Part shown: piece by piece, positions 37,445 through 46,033 of the stretch
Numbering within the stretch: position 1 is the stretch's first letter
Layout of the letters: the number at the start of each line of letters is the position of its first letter
Assembly (NCBI GenBank): GCA_965228875.1
Contig: OZ245843.1
Coordinates: 2,772,616-2,836,615 of the forward strand
Direction: 5' to 3'
Length of the DNA: 64,000 bases
Source: Thalassobaculaceae bacterium
Lineage (GTDB): Bacteria; Pseudomonadota; Alphaproteobacteria; Thalassobaculales; Thalassobaculaceae
Made by a program: the position numbers and the translations under genes
The notes under the pieces: generated by a model
Database searches by the model: none
Told to the model about the DNA's origin: nothing
The model's input: the letters and a program-made list of their open reading frames with translations, nothing else

Positions 37445-38170
37445 TCATCCGGAATTGCGGTGCGCGGAAACGAGCGATGACAGCGACCGCTTCTGTCGCC
37501 CCTGCGCGTCGAAGTTCGCCGGGTCCAGCCAGGCCTGGAACGCCGTCCTGATCGCCGGCCATTCGCTGTCGAGGATCGAGAACCAGGCGGTGTCGCGGTT
37601 GCGGCCCTTGTACATCACCGCCTGACGGAACAGCCCCTCGTAGGTGAAGCCCAGCCGTTCGGCCGCCGCCTTGGACGGAGCGTTGAGATTGTCGCACTTC
37701 CACTCGTAGCGCCTGTAGCCGAGTTCGTCGAACACCCGCGCCATCATCAGGTACATCGCCTCGGTCGAGCCGGTCGTGCGTTGCAGGAGCGGCGAGAAGG
37801 TGATGAAGCCGACCTCGATCACGCCGTTCGCCGGATCGATCCGCAGATAGGTGCAGAAACCGACCGCCCTGCCGGTGGCCAGGTCGATCACCGTGAAGAA
37901 CAGCGGATCCTCGCTCTTCGCATTGGCGGATAGGGCCGCGTCGAACGCCTCACGGTCGGTGTACGGCCCCACCGGCAGATAGGTCCACATCCGGCCGGTT
38001 TCGTCCGTCTGATACGCGCTCCAGAGATCATCGCCGTGCGCCGCTGGATCCAAGGGTTCGAGGCGGACCGACATCCCCTCCATCGCCGTTCGAGAGGGAC
38101 GCTCCCGAGCGGTCCAGTCCGGGACGGCCCAGCCGATCGGCTGGCCGAGTTCGTTAATACGGGTGGTCAT
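37445..38170 (-). CDS. GNAT acetyltransferase (RimJ/RimL type)
   Basis: IEVG, YRRYEWKC, AAERLGFTYEG, GRNRDTAW. Confidence 0.9.
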   Translation of the reverse strand: MTTRINELGQPIGWAVPDWTARERPSRTAMEGMSVRLEPLDPAAHGDDLWSAYQTDETGRMWTYLPVGPYTDREAFDAALSANAKSEDPLFFTVIDLATGRAVGFCTYLRIDPANGVIEVGFITFSPLLQRTTGSTEAMYLMMARVFDELGYRRYEWKCDNLNAPSKAAAERLGFTYEGLFRQAVMYKGRNRDTAWFSILDSEWPAIRTAFQAWLDPANFDAQGRQKRSLSSLVSAHRNSG

Positions 38171-38375
38171 GGCGTGCTCCGGCGGATGGTTTGGACCTTC
38201 TCAATGCGCCACCAATCCCGGCTGCCGTAGATCCAATGCCGCACCGCCCGACGGTCCAACCTCCAACCAAGCCATGAGCGAGCATTTGGCCCCAAGGACA
38301 CCGGACGAACGACGGTAAGCAGAAGGACATTCGTCCGACTCTGCCTCACAGCAACCGAACCTGGGAACCGAGAAC

Positions 38376-38837
38376 ATGTCCGACACGCTCATCGTCCGGG
38401 AGGTGCTACCCGACGATTTCGACCGCTGGCTGCCCCTGTGGGCGGGATATAACGCCTTCTACGAGCGAGTCGGCCCGACGGCGGTTCCCGAGGCGGTGAC
38501 CCGGCTGACATGGAGCCGTTTCTTCGACGCCTACGAACCCATGCACGCCCTGGTCGCCGAGCGGGACGGCACGTTGCTGGGCATGGCCCACATCATCTAC
38601 CACCGAAACACGACGATGACGGGCCCGATCTGCTATCTGCAGGATCTGTTCACCGCCGGCCCGGCACGTGGCCAGGGCGTCGGGCGGGCCCTTATCGAGG
38701 CGGTCTACGCCCATGCCCGAGCCGGCGGCAGCGAACGGGTCTACTGGCTCACCCACGAGACCAATGGGACGGCACGGCGGCTGTACGACACCGTCGCCGA
38801 CCGCTCCGGCTTCATCCAGTACCGCAAGGGCGTCTGA
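38376..38837 (+). CDS. GNAT acetyltransferase
   Basis: YLQDLF, RGQGVGRALI, YWLTHETN. Confidence 0.9.
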   Translation: MSDTLIVREVLPDDFDRWLPLWAGYNAFYERVGPTAVPEAVTRLTWSRFFDAYEPMHALVAERDGTLLGMAHIIYHRNTTMTGPICYLQDLFTAGPARGQGVGRALIEAVYAHARAGGSERVYWLTHETNGTARRLYDTVADRSGFIQYRKGV

Positions 38838-38839
38838 CC

Positions 38840-40732
38840 CTACGCCCTGGGCATGCCTTTCGGGCGCATGAGCCGGTGTTGCGCGGCGATGCGGAACGGC
38901 GCGTTTGCGGCGCCGTAACCGCGATAGCCGCCGCGCCGTTCGACCACCTCGAAGAAGAACCCGTCGCCAAAGGTGCGGCTGTAGAGCTGGAAGAACTCAC
39001 CCCCGTCGTCGCGGTCGTACAGGATGTTGCGGGACTGCAGGGCGGCGACGGTCTCGGGGTCGAGGCCGAACCGGGCCGCGACGTCGCCGTAGTAGTTGGC
39101 CGGGATCTCCAGCGCCTGGAAGCCGTTGCCGGACAGGGCTTCGGCGGCGGCGAGAATGTCGTCGCACCCGAAGGCGATGTGCTGCACCGAAGAGCCGAAG
39201 CTCTCGGCCACGAACCGTCCCGCCAGGGTCCGCCGGTTCTCCGCCCCGTTCAGCGTAAGGCGCAGGGCCATGTCCGGGCTCTCGATCGCCTGGCTTCGGA
39301 CCACGCCGGCTGGGTCGATCACGTCCACCACCGGTGCCTTCGCGGTGTCGAATATGGCGGTGTAGAACAGCAGCCAGGTCAGCATCTCCTCGTAGTTCAT
39401 GGTCTGGGCCAGATGGTCGATCCGGGTCAGCCCGACCGGCGCCGGCGCGTCCTGCCCCGCGACCGGTTCGAACTCGATCTCCCAGACCCGCGAGAGCTCG
39501 GTCCGGTCGTCGATGAAATGCATCACGCCGCCGCCCACGCCCCGGATCGCCGGGATCTTGAGCTCGCCCGGTCCGGTCGGCTGCTCGAACGGGACGGCCA
39601 ACAGAGCCCGCGCGCGCTCCACCGTGGCCGCCGCGTCGTCGACCTTCAGGCCGATGTCACAGACCGAGGTGCCGTGCATCAGATAGGCGGAATGGGCGAA
39701 CCCCTCCTTCTCGGTGTTGATGACCAGGTTGATCTCGCCCTGACGCCAGACCTCCACATCCTTGGCCACATGCCGCCCGGCTCGCGCGAAACCGAGACTG
39801 CGGAACAGGACGGCAAGGTCCTCCGCCTCGCGCTCGTCGGCGGTGAACTCGACGAACTCGATGCCGGAGACCGCGATCCGATCCGGCATGACCGGCGGCG
39901 CGATCGCCCCTTCCGGTTCGACCCGCGCCACCGCATCCACCAGAGTCAGCAGCGAGCGTCGCCCGTCGACCGAGATCGATTTCGGCGAGCCTCCCCGGAA
40001 CTGGTCGTTGAAGATTTCCAGCGACAGCGCACCGTCGTAGCCGGTCGCCGCGACCGCCCGCATGAAACCGGTCACGTCCAGATCGCCCTGCCCGGGCATG
40101 GTGCGGAAATGCCGGCTCCAGTACAGCAGGTCCATGTCGATCAGCGGCGCGTCGGCGAGCTGGACGATGAAAATCCGGTCGCCCGGAATCGATCGGATCG
40201 TGTCGACGTCGATCTTGCGCGCCAGCGTGTGGAAACTGTCGAGGATCAGGCCGACGCTCTGATGGTCGGCCCGGCGCACGATCTCCCAGGCGTCGCGATG
40301 GTCGTGGACGTGCCGTCCCCAGGCCAACGCCTCGTAGCCGACCCTGAGCCCACGCTTCGCCGCCCGTTCGCCGAGCTCGCGCAGATCGTCGGCCGCCCGG
40401 TCGATACCGCCGAGGGCCGCCGGCGACGTGTTCGAGCAGATCAGGATCAGGTCGGTCCCGAGTTCCTGCATCACGTCGAACTTCCGCTCGGCCCGGTCGA
40501 AGGCGCGGGATCGGTGCGGCTCCGGCAGCCCCTCGAAGTCGCGGAACGGCTGAAACAGCGTGATCTCCAGGCCGGCGTCCCGGATCATCCGCCCGACCTC
40601 GCGTGGCCCGCCATCGAAGGCGAGGAAGTCGTTCTCGAAAATCTCCAGCCCGTCGAATCCGGCGGCGGCGATCGAGGTCAGCTTCTCCTGGAAGTCGCCG
40701 CTGATGGAAACGGTCGCGATCGACGTTTTCAT
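38840..40732 (-). CDS. quiC: 3-dehydroshikimate dehydratase (TIM-barrel/HPPD-like fusion)
   Basis: SIATVS, QPFRDFEG, YEALAWG, DSFH, LEIFND, then an HPPD-like half with IDH, QHIA and GYGAANA. Confidence 0.85.
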   Translation of the reverse strand: MKTSIATVSISGDFQEKLTSIAAAGFDGLEIFENDFLAFDGGPREVGRMIRDAGLEITLFQPFRDFEGLPEPHRSRAFDRAERKFDVMQELGTDLILICSNTSPAALGGIDRAADDLRELGERAAKRGLRVGYEALAWGRHVHDHRDAWEIVRRADHQSVGLILDSFHTLARKIDVDTIRSIPGDRIFIVQLADAPLIDMDLLYWSRHFRTMPGQGDLDVTGFMRAVAATGYDGALSLEIFNDQFRGGSPKSISVDGRRSLLTLVDAVARVEPEGAIAPPVMPDRIAVSGIEFVEFTADEREAEDLAVLFRSLGFARAGRHVAKDVEVWRQGEINLVINTEKEGFAHSAYLMHGTSVCDIGLKVDDAAATVERARALLAVPFEQPTGPGELKIPAIRGVGGGVMHFIDDRTELSRVWEIEFEPVAGQDAPAPVGLTRIDHLAQTMNYEEMLTWLLFYTAIFDTAKAPVVDVIDPAGVVRSQAIESPDMALRLTLNGAENRRTLAGRFVAESFGSSVQHIAFGCDDILAAAEALSGNGFQALEIPANYYGDVAARFGLDPETVAALQSRNILYDRDDGGEFFQLYSRTFGDGFFFEVVERRGGYRGYGAANAPFRIAAQHRLMRPKGMPRA

Positions 40733-41616
40733 CCGTTCTCTCCCCGGCCGTTCTCGAAACTGTCGAAGGTTGCCCGCATGGACTCCGGATCCGCCGGCAG
40801 GCCGCTGAACAGTTCGAACGCCCGGACCGCCTGATACAACGCCATTCCGGCCCCGGTCTCGACCCGGCAGCCGATGGCCCGCGCCGACCGCACCAGTTCC
40901 GTCTCCATCGGAAAGTAGATGATATCGATCAGCCAGTGGCGAGGCTCAAGCAACGCGACAGGGATCGGCGTGCCCGGATGGTCGGCCATGCCGATCGGCG
41001 TCGCGTTGACGAGCCCGTCGATCGCCTGGTCGGCACTTCCGAACGCCGCCTCGGCGCTTTCCGCGACGGCGACGCGCCCGGGACCGAACCGTGCCGCCAG
41101 CGACCCGGCCAGATCGGCGGCGCCCTGACGGTTGGTGTCGGCGATCAGCAGCGTTCCGACGCCATTGTCCAGCAGCGCGTTCGCCACCGCCGCCCCGGCA
41201 CCGCCGGCGCCGATCAGCAGAACCCTGCGCTTCGGGACGTCGCCCATGGCGCGCCGGAAACTCTCGGCGAAGCCCCAGAGGTCGGTGTTGTGTCCGATCC
41301 GCCGCCCGTCCTTCAGCACGATCGTATTGACCGCGCCGACCGCCCCGGCCTCCTGCGACACCTCGTCGAGGCTCGCCACCGCCTCACGCTTGTACGGATG
41401 GGTCACGTTGACGCCCGCGAACCCGCAGAGTTCCGCTGCACGGAGCATCTCCTCGAACGCCGGCGCCGCGGCCATCTCCGCCGGGTCAATACGCCGATAG
41501 ACGTATCGCAAGCCCTGGCGGGCGCCCTCGGCCTCGTGCATGCGCGGCGTGCGCGACAGTGCGGTACCCCGGCCGATCAGGCCGACCAGCACCGAGCGTC
41601 CAAGCCCGTCGGCCAT
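40729..41616 (-). CDS. Shikimate/quinate dehydrogenase
   Basis: SRTPRMH, NVTHPYK, GAVNT, HNTD, GAGGAG, NATPIG. Confidence 0.88.
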   Translation of the reverse strand: MADGLGRSVLVGLIGRGTALSRTPRMHEAEGARQGLRYVYRRIDPAEMAAAPAFEEMLRAAELCGFAGVNVTHPYKREAVASLDEVSQEAGAVGAVNTIVLKDGRRIGHNTDLWGFAESFRRAMGDVPKRRVLLIGAGGAGAAVANALLDNGVGTLLIADTNRQGAADLAGSLAARFGPGRVAVAESAEAAFGSADQAIDGLVNATPIGMADHPGTPIPVALLEPRHWLIDIIYFPMETELVRSARAIGCRVETGAGMALYQAVRAFELFSGLPADPESMRATFDSFENGRGENG

Positions 41617-41624
41617 TCCATCCT

Positions 41625-41690
41625 CCCCAACGCCCAGGCCGCCCAACACACTGGCCGCCCCAACACTCTGGCCGCCTCAACACCCTGGCG
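41625..41690. repeat. Four degenerate 16-17-bp tandem repeats
   Basis: CCCCAACGCCCAGGCCG / CCCAACACACTGGCCG / CCCCAACACTCTGGCCG / CCTCAACACCCTGGCG. Confidence 0.75.
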
Positions 41691-41742
41691 TCCTTCGCTC
41701 AGAGTGTCGGAACGACACACGGCCTTCAAGGGCGCCGGACCA

Positions 41743-42300
41743 TCAGTGCGGCACGTGGACCTCGCCCAGAACCACGAGATCGCCGTCGGGCGTGACGTCG
41801 ACGACGACGAACTCTCCCGATGCCGTCCCGCGCCCGGTCAGCGCGCTGATGTTCACCTGGTGCGTGACCAGCACCATCCGCTGGTCCCCCGGCTGGCGCC
41901 GCAGGAACTCCAGCGTCTCCCGGGTCTGCGCGTCGCGCCGGTGGCGGGCGTCGAAGAACGAATTCAGCGAAGGCAACGCCTCGACCGCCCCCAGGCCGAG
42001 CAGTTCCGCCGTCTCGAAGGAACGGCACCACTGGCTCGACAGCACCCGGTCGACCGCCACGCCCTCGGCGCGGAATACGGCGCCGATCTCGCGGGCCTGG
42101 GCGCGCCCCTCGTCGTTCAGGTTGCGCTGGGTCGAGCAGTCGCCCAGGCGGAAGGCGGCCGGATCGCTGGTGCCCGGCGCGTAGGCATGGCGCATCAGCG
42201 CGATCGCGCCCGGTTGCCGCATCGCCTCCCAGCCGTCGCTGGCGACGGCAGGCGTGGCGAGAAGAACGGAAAGGAGAACGGTGAATATCGGCGCGATCAT
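41743..42300 (-). CDS. Secreted histidine phosphatase family protein
   Basis: Signal peptide; MRHA, QRNL, SSQWCR, VTH. Confidence 0.85.
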   Translation of the reverse strand: MIAPIFTVLLSVLLATPAVASDGWEAMRQPGAIALMRHAYAPGTSDPAAFRLGDCSTQRNLNDEGRAQAREIGAVFRAEGVAVDRVLSSQWCRSFETAELLGLGAVEALPSLNSFFDARHRRDAQTRETLEFLRRQPGDQRMVLVTHQVNISALTGRGTASGEFVVVDVTPDGDLVVLGEVHVPH

Positions 42301-42404
42301 GGATAGCCCTTCCGGCTGCAAGTCCCCCCGGCGCTCGACATAGATCCCGTGGGCCCGGCGTCCAGCCGTCGCGCGCGCCCTGCACGCCATGATAAAGATA
42401 GTGC

Positions 42405-43124
42405 ATGGCACCGATGTTCGAGGAACTGGACTACCGCGTGACGCCGATCGGCGCGCTGAGCCTGCGCCGTCGCCGGGACCTACGGCTCGATGAGGACGTG
42501 CTGGAGATCAAGCTCGGCGACGCCTTCCTCATGTCGAGCCGCTTCACCGCGTCGGAGATCGCGCTGGCGACGCTCGGCCTGGCGGATGTCACGGCAACTG
42601 CCCCGGAGGTCGTGGTCGGCGGTCTCGGCCTCGGCTACACCGCCGCCGCCGTGCTCGAGGAAGACCGCGTCGCCTCGCTGGTCGTGGTCGACGCGCTGGA
42701 AGCGGTGATCGACTGGCACCGCGACGGCCTGCTCCCGCTGGGCGCGCGCCTCACCGGCGACCCGCGCTGCCGGCTTGTGCACGGCGATTTCTTTGCCCTG
42801 GCGGCCGGCGAGGACGGCTTCGATCCGGATCGGCCGCGACACAGGGTCGACGCCATCCTGGTCGACATCGATCATGCCCCGGACGACCTGCTGGACGGGT
42901 CCAGCGCGGGATTCTACACGCCGGGCGGCCTGACGGCCCTGACGCGGCATCTGCGGCCAGGGGGTGTCTTCGGCCTTTGGTCGAACGCGCCACCGGACAC
43001 CGCCTTCACCGACCGTCTGTCCCAAACCTTCGCGGACGCCAGGGCCGAGCCGGTGATCTTCGACAACCCCTATCAGGGCGGCACCGTCACCCAGACCGTC
43101 TACCTCGCGAGGACGGCAGCGTGA
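42405..43124 (+). CDS. Spermidine-synthase-like SAM-dependent methyltransferase
   Basis: LMSS, VGGLGLGYT, ILVDIDH, GLWS. Confidence 0.8.
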   Translation: MAPMFEELDYRVTPIGALSLRRRRDLRLDEDVLEIKLGDAFLMSSRFTASEIALATLGLADVTATAPEVVVGGLGLGYTAAAVLEEDRVASLVVVDALEAVIDWHRDGLLPLGARLTGDPRCRLVHGDFFALAAGEDGFDPDRPRHRVDAILVDIDHAPDDLLDGSSAGFYTPGGLTALTRHLRPGGVFGLWSNAPPDTAFTDRLSQTFADARAEPVIFDNPYQGGTVTQTVYLARTAA

Positions 43125-43825
43125 CCGACTGCCCGGTCTGCCGCGCTCAAGACACCCGGCCCTTCCAGTCGGTGGGCGGACGGGACTACCACCGCTGCGG
43201 CACCTGCGGCGCGACCTTTCTCGACCGCGGTCAACTCCCGAGCCTGGGGGAGGCGGTGACGCATTATGCGCATCATCGAAACGATGCCGGCGACCCGGCC
43301 TACCGGCGATTCCTGTCGCGTGTGGCGACGCCGCTGAAGGCAGTCCTGGCGCCGGGCTCGCGCGGCCTGGACTACGGCTGCGGCCCGGGTCCGGCGCTGG
43401 CGGCGATGCTGGAGGAGGCGGGGCACACCATGGCCCTGTATGACCCGATCTTCCAGCCGAACCAGAGCGTTTTCGAGACGACCTACGACTTCATCACCTG
43501 CACCGAGGTGGCCGAGCATTTCCACCGGCCGGCGGAGGAGTTCGCCCGGCTCGGGCGGCTGCTGAACCCCGGGGGCTGGCTCGCCGTCATGACCTGCTTC
43601 CAGACCGACGATACGCGGTTCGCCACCTGGCACTACCGCCGCGATCCGACCCACGTGGTGTTCTATAGCGAGGTGACCCTGCGCCACGTGGCCGGAATGC
43701 ATGGCTGGAGCTGCACGGTGCCGGCCAGGGACGTCGTCCTGATGCGCCGCGACGGCGGCGGACGGCCGGACAACCTGGCGGCGGAGACGGAGATGGGGGA
43801 TGGCGGAACAAGGCCGACGAATTGA
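43121..43825 (+). CDS. Class I SAM-dependent methyltransferase with N-terminal Zn ribbon
   Basis: GTGA overlap; CPVC/CGTC, LDYGCGPG, TEVAEH, DPTHV. Confidence 0.88.
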   Translation: MTDCPVCRAQDTRPFQSVGGRDYHRCGTCGATFLDRGQLPSLGEAVTHYAHHRNDAGDPAYRRFLSRVATPLKAVLAPGSRGLDYGCGPGPALAAMLEEAGHTMALYDPIFQPNQSVFETTYDFITCTEVAEHFHRPAEEFARLGRLLNPGGWLAVMTCFQTDDTRFATWHYRRDPTHVVFYSEVTLRHVAGMHGWSCTVPARDVVLMRRDGGGRPDNLAAETEMGDGGTRPTN

Positions 43826-44048
43826 CGTGCCTCGGCTCGGGTGTTTCCATGCCCGTCGGGGCGTTGGGGTCGTGCGGCAGGGGGCCGCACCTGCGCCCGT
43901 TGCACGCGCCCATGGGCTCCGATCCTGTCACGCCGCCACACCCGCCGCTGTCGTCTAGACGGTATCTCACTGCGGACTCCAACCCGCTACGGCAGGTGGG
44001 CGTCATCGATCTACCCGCCTCGACCATCGGCACCGCGGTACCTGGACC

Positions 44049-44768
44049 ATGATCCGCTCCTCCCGTCATTCCGGTTTTGACTTCCGCGACATCCACGTCC
44101 TGGTCGTCGAGGACGAGGAGTTCGCCCGTACGCTGACCAGCCAGGTTCTGCGCGGCTACGGCTGCGCCGGCGTTCAGTCGGTCGAGGACGGAAATCAGGC
44201 GCTCGACCACCTCACCGCCGCCACCCGGTCCTTCGACCTGATCGTCTGCGATTTCCGCATGCCGAAGATGAACGGCATCGAACTGCTCAAGGCGATCCGC
44301 AAGGGCGCCCCCGGCGTGGCCCGCGACATTCCCTTCGCCATGCTCACAAGCCACGCCGACAAGCCGGTGGTCGGCCTGGCCTTCGAACTCGACGTCGACT
44401 GCTTCCTGATAAAGCCGATCACGGCAGCGACCATGCGCGAACGCCTGACCCGGGTGATGTCCACCGACCGGCCGATCAAGGCACCGTTCGACTATCACGA
44501 GGTCAACACCGACCGGGTGGCCGACGACGCCGACCTTCAGCATCCGCCACCGCCCGTTCAACGGCCCGCAATGACGTTACGCCCCGGGACGCGCGTGGTC
44601 AGCCTGTCGAAGGTCAGGCCCGGCTCGGTCCTTGTCGATGCCATGACCACCAGCAACGGCCAGATGCTGCTGCCGGCCGGGGTCAGCCTCGACGCCCGCA
44701 CCATCGCCCGTCTGCGCGATCTGGCCGAGATGGACGCCAACGTCCGCGAGGTTCACATCGAGGATTAG
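44049..44768 (+). CDS. Response regulator (REC plus small C-terminal domain)
   Basis: VVEDE, CDFRMP, LTS, KP; Pro-rich linker, then a VRPGSVL...GQMLLPAGVSL domain. Confidence 0.85.
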   Translation: MIRSSRHSGFDFRDIHVLVVEDEEFARTLTSQVLRGYGCAGVQSVEDGNQALDHLTAATRSFDLIVCDFRMPKMNGIELLKAIRKGAPGVARDIPFAMLTSHADKPVVGLAFELDVDCFLIKPITAATMRERLTRVMSTDRPIKAPFDYHEVNTDRVADDADLQHPPPPVQRPAMTLRPGTRVVSLSKVRPGSVLVDAMTTSNGQMLLPAGVSLDARTIARLRDLAEMDANVREVHIED

Positions 44769-44770
44769 GT

Positions 44771-46003
44771 TCAGGCGCAGGCGGTTCCGGCCGATCTGCT
44801 CTCCACGAACGCGACGAACTCCTGCGACGGCAGGGCGCGGGAGTACAGGAACCCCTGGGCCACGTCGCAGCCGAGCGCGCGCAGGGCCTCCGCCTCCGCC
44901 TCGGTCTCCACCCCCTCGGCGACGACCCGAAGATCCAGTGCCCGGGCCATGGCGATGGTGTTGGCGACGATCGCCCGATTGTCGGCATCGCTGTCGAGAC
45001 CGACGACAAAGGCCCGGTCGATCTTCAGCTCGGTGAACGGCAGGCGGCGCAGTTGGCCGAGGGTGGCGTGCCCCTGGCCGTAGTCGTCGATCGCCAGCCC
45101 GAAACCGCGCAGGCGGAGGCGCGCCGCGCTCTCGGTGAAGCGCATCTGATCGCCACTGACGGCGGTCTCGACGACCTCGAAGATCAGCCGGTCGCGCGGC
45201 ACCCCCGCCCGATCGATCCGCGCCATCAGCTCACCCATGATGGCGAGGTCGTCGAACAGCAACGGCGTCAGGTTGATCGATACGTTGATCGCCGGCATGC
45301 GATCCGGCCAGTTGCGGATCGCAGCCAGGGTGCGGTCGAGGATCTCGACCGTGAAGTCGGCCATCATCCCGCGCTCGTCCAGACGCCGCAGGAACACCGC
45401 CGGCATGTCGACGGTGCCATCCGGCTGCACCAGGCGGGCGAGCGCCTCTGCCCCATGCACGGCCCTGCCGGAGAGGGCGACCTGTGGCTGGAACCAGGGC
45501 TCGAACCGGCCGCCGTCGATCAGCGCGTCCACCATGGCGGTATCGGCCTGCGCCATGGCCGGAGCCGTCGGCAGGGCGCTGGCAAGCCGGCCAAGCACCT
45601 CCTCCAGCGCGTCTCGGGTCAGCGGTTTGCGGACACTGCCCATCATGCGCAGGCCATAGGCCTTACCCATGCGCTCGACACTGTCGAGCAGCGCCGGATC
45701 GTGGCCGCTGAGAATCATCAGCGCCGGCGGCGCGTCGAGATCGGCGGCGCGGCGGATGAACTCCATGCCGTCCATCTCCGGCATGTCGAGGTCGCAGACC
45801 ACAAGGTCCGTGCCCCGATCCCGGCCGGAGAGTGCGTCCAGCGCCGCCTGGCCGGACTCGAAGGCCGCCGCCTCCGGAAGGCCGAGCGTCCGGCACATCA
45901 GGGAAACCGCGAGCCGCTGCGTCGGCTCGTCGTCGACAACCATCACCTTGAGCGCGCCCGTAGCGCCGCCAACCGTCACATTCCAGCCCTCCCCACCGTC
46001 CAT
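44771..46003 (-). CDS. REC-EAL c-di-GMP phosphodiesterase response regulator
   Basis: VVDD, CDLDMP; FQPQ, EAL, FEVVE, IDDYGQG, ELKID, VAEGVE, QG. Start uncertain (46003 or 46033). Confidence 0.88.
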   Translation of the reverse strand: MDGGEGWNVTVGGATGALKVMVVDDEPTQRLAVSLMCRTLGLPEAAAFESGQAALDALSGRDRGTDLVVCDLDMPEMDGMEFIRRAADLDAPPALMILSGHDPALLDSVERMGKAYGLRMMGSVRKPLTRDALEEVLGRLASALPTAPAMAQADTAMVDALIDGGRFEPWFQPQVALSGRAVHGAEALARLVQPDGTVDMPAVFLRRLDERGMMADFTVEILDRTLAAIRNWPDRMPAINVSINLTPLLFDDLAIMGELMARIDRAGVPRDRLIFEVVETAVSGDQMRFTESAARLRLRGFGLAIDDYGQGHATLGQLRRLPFTELKIDRAFVVGLDSDADNRAIVANTIAMARALDLRVVAEGVETEAEAEALRALGCDVAQGFLYSRALPSQEFVAFVESRSAGTACA

Positions 46004-46033
46004 GATAGTGAATCCGGAGCCGAAACTCCGCAA

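Noticed and set aside
41625..41690. CRISPR array
   Set aside because: The repeats are short, degenerate and spacer-less, and there are no cas genes.
42405..43124. Second true speE
   Set aside because: It lacks the GGGDGG and DSTDP aminopropyltransferase motifs and is better called a related methyltransferase fold.
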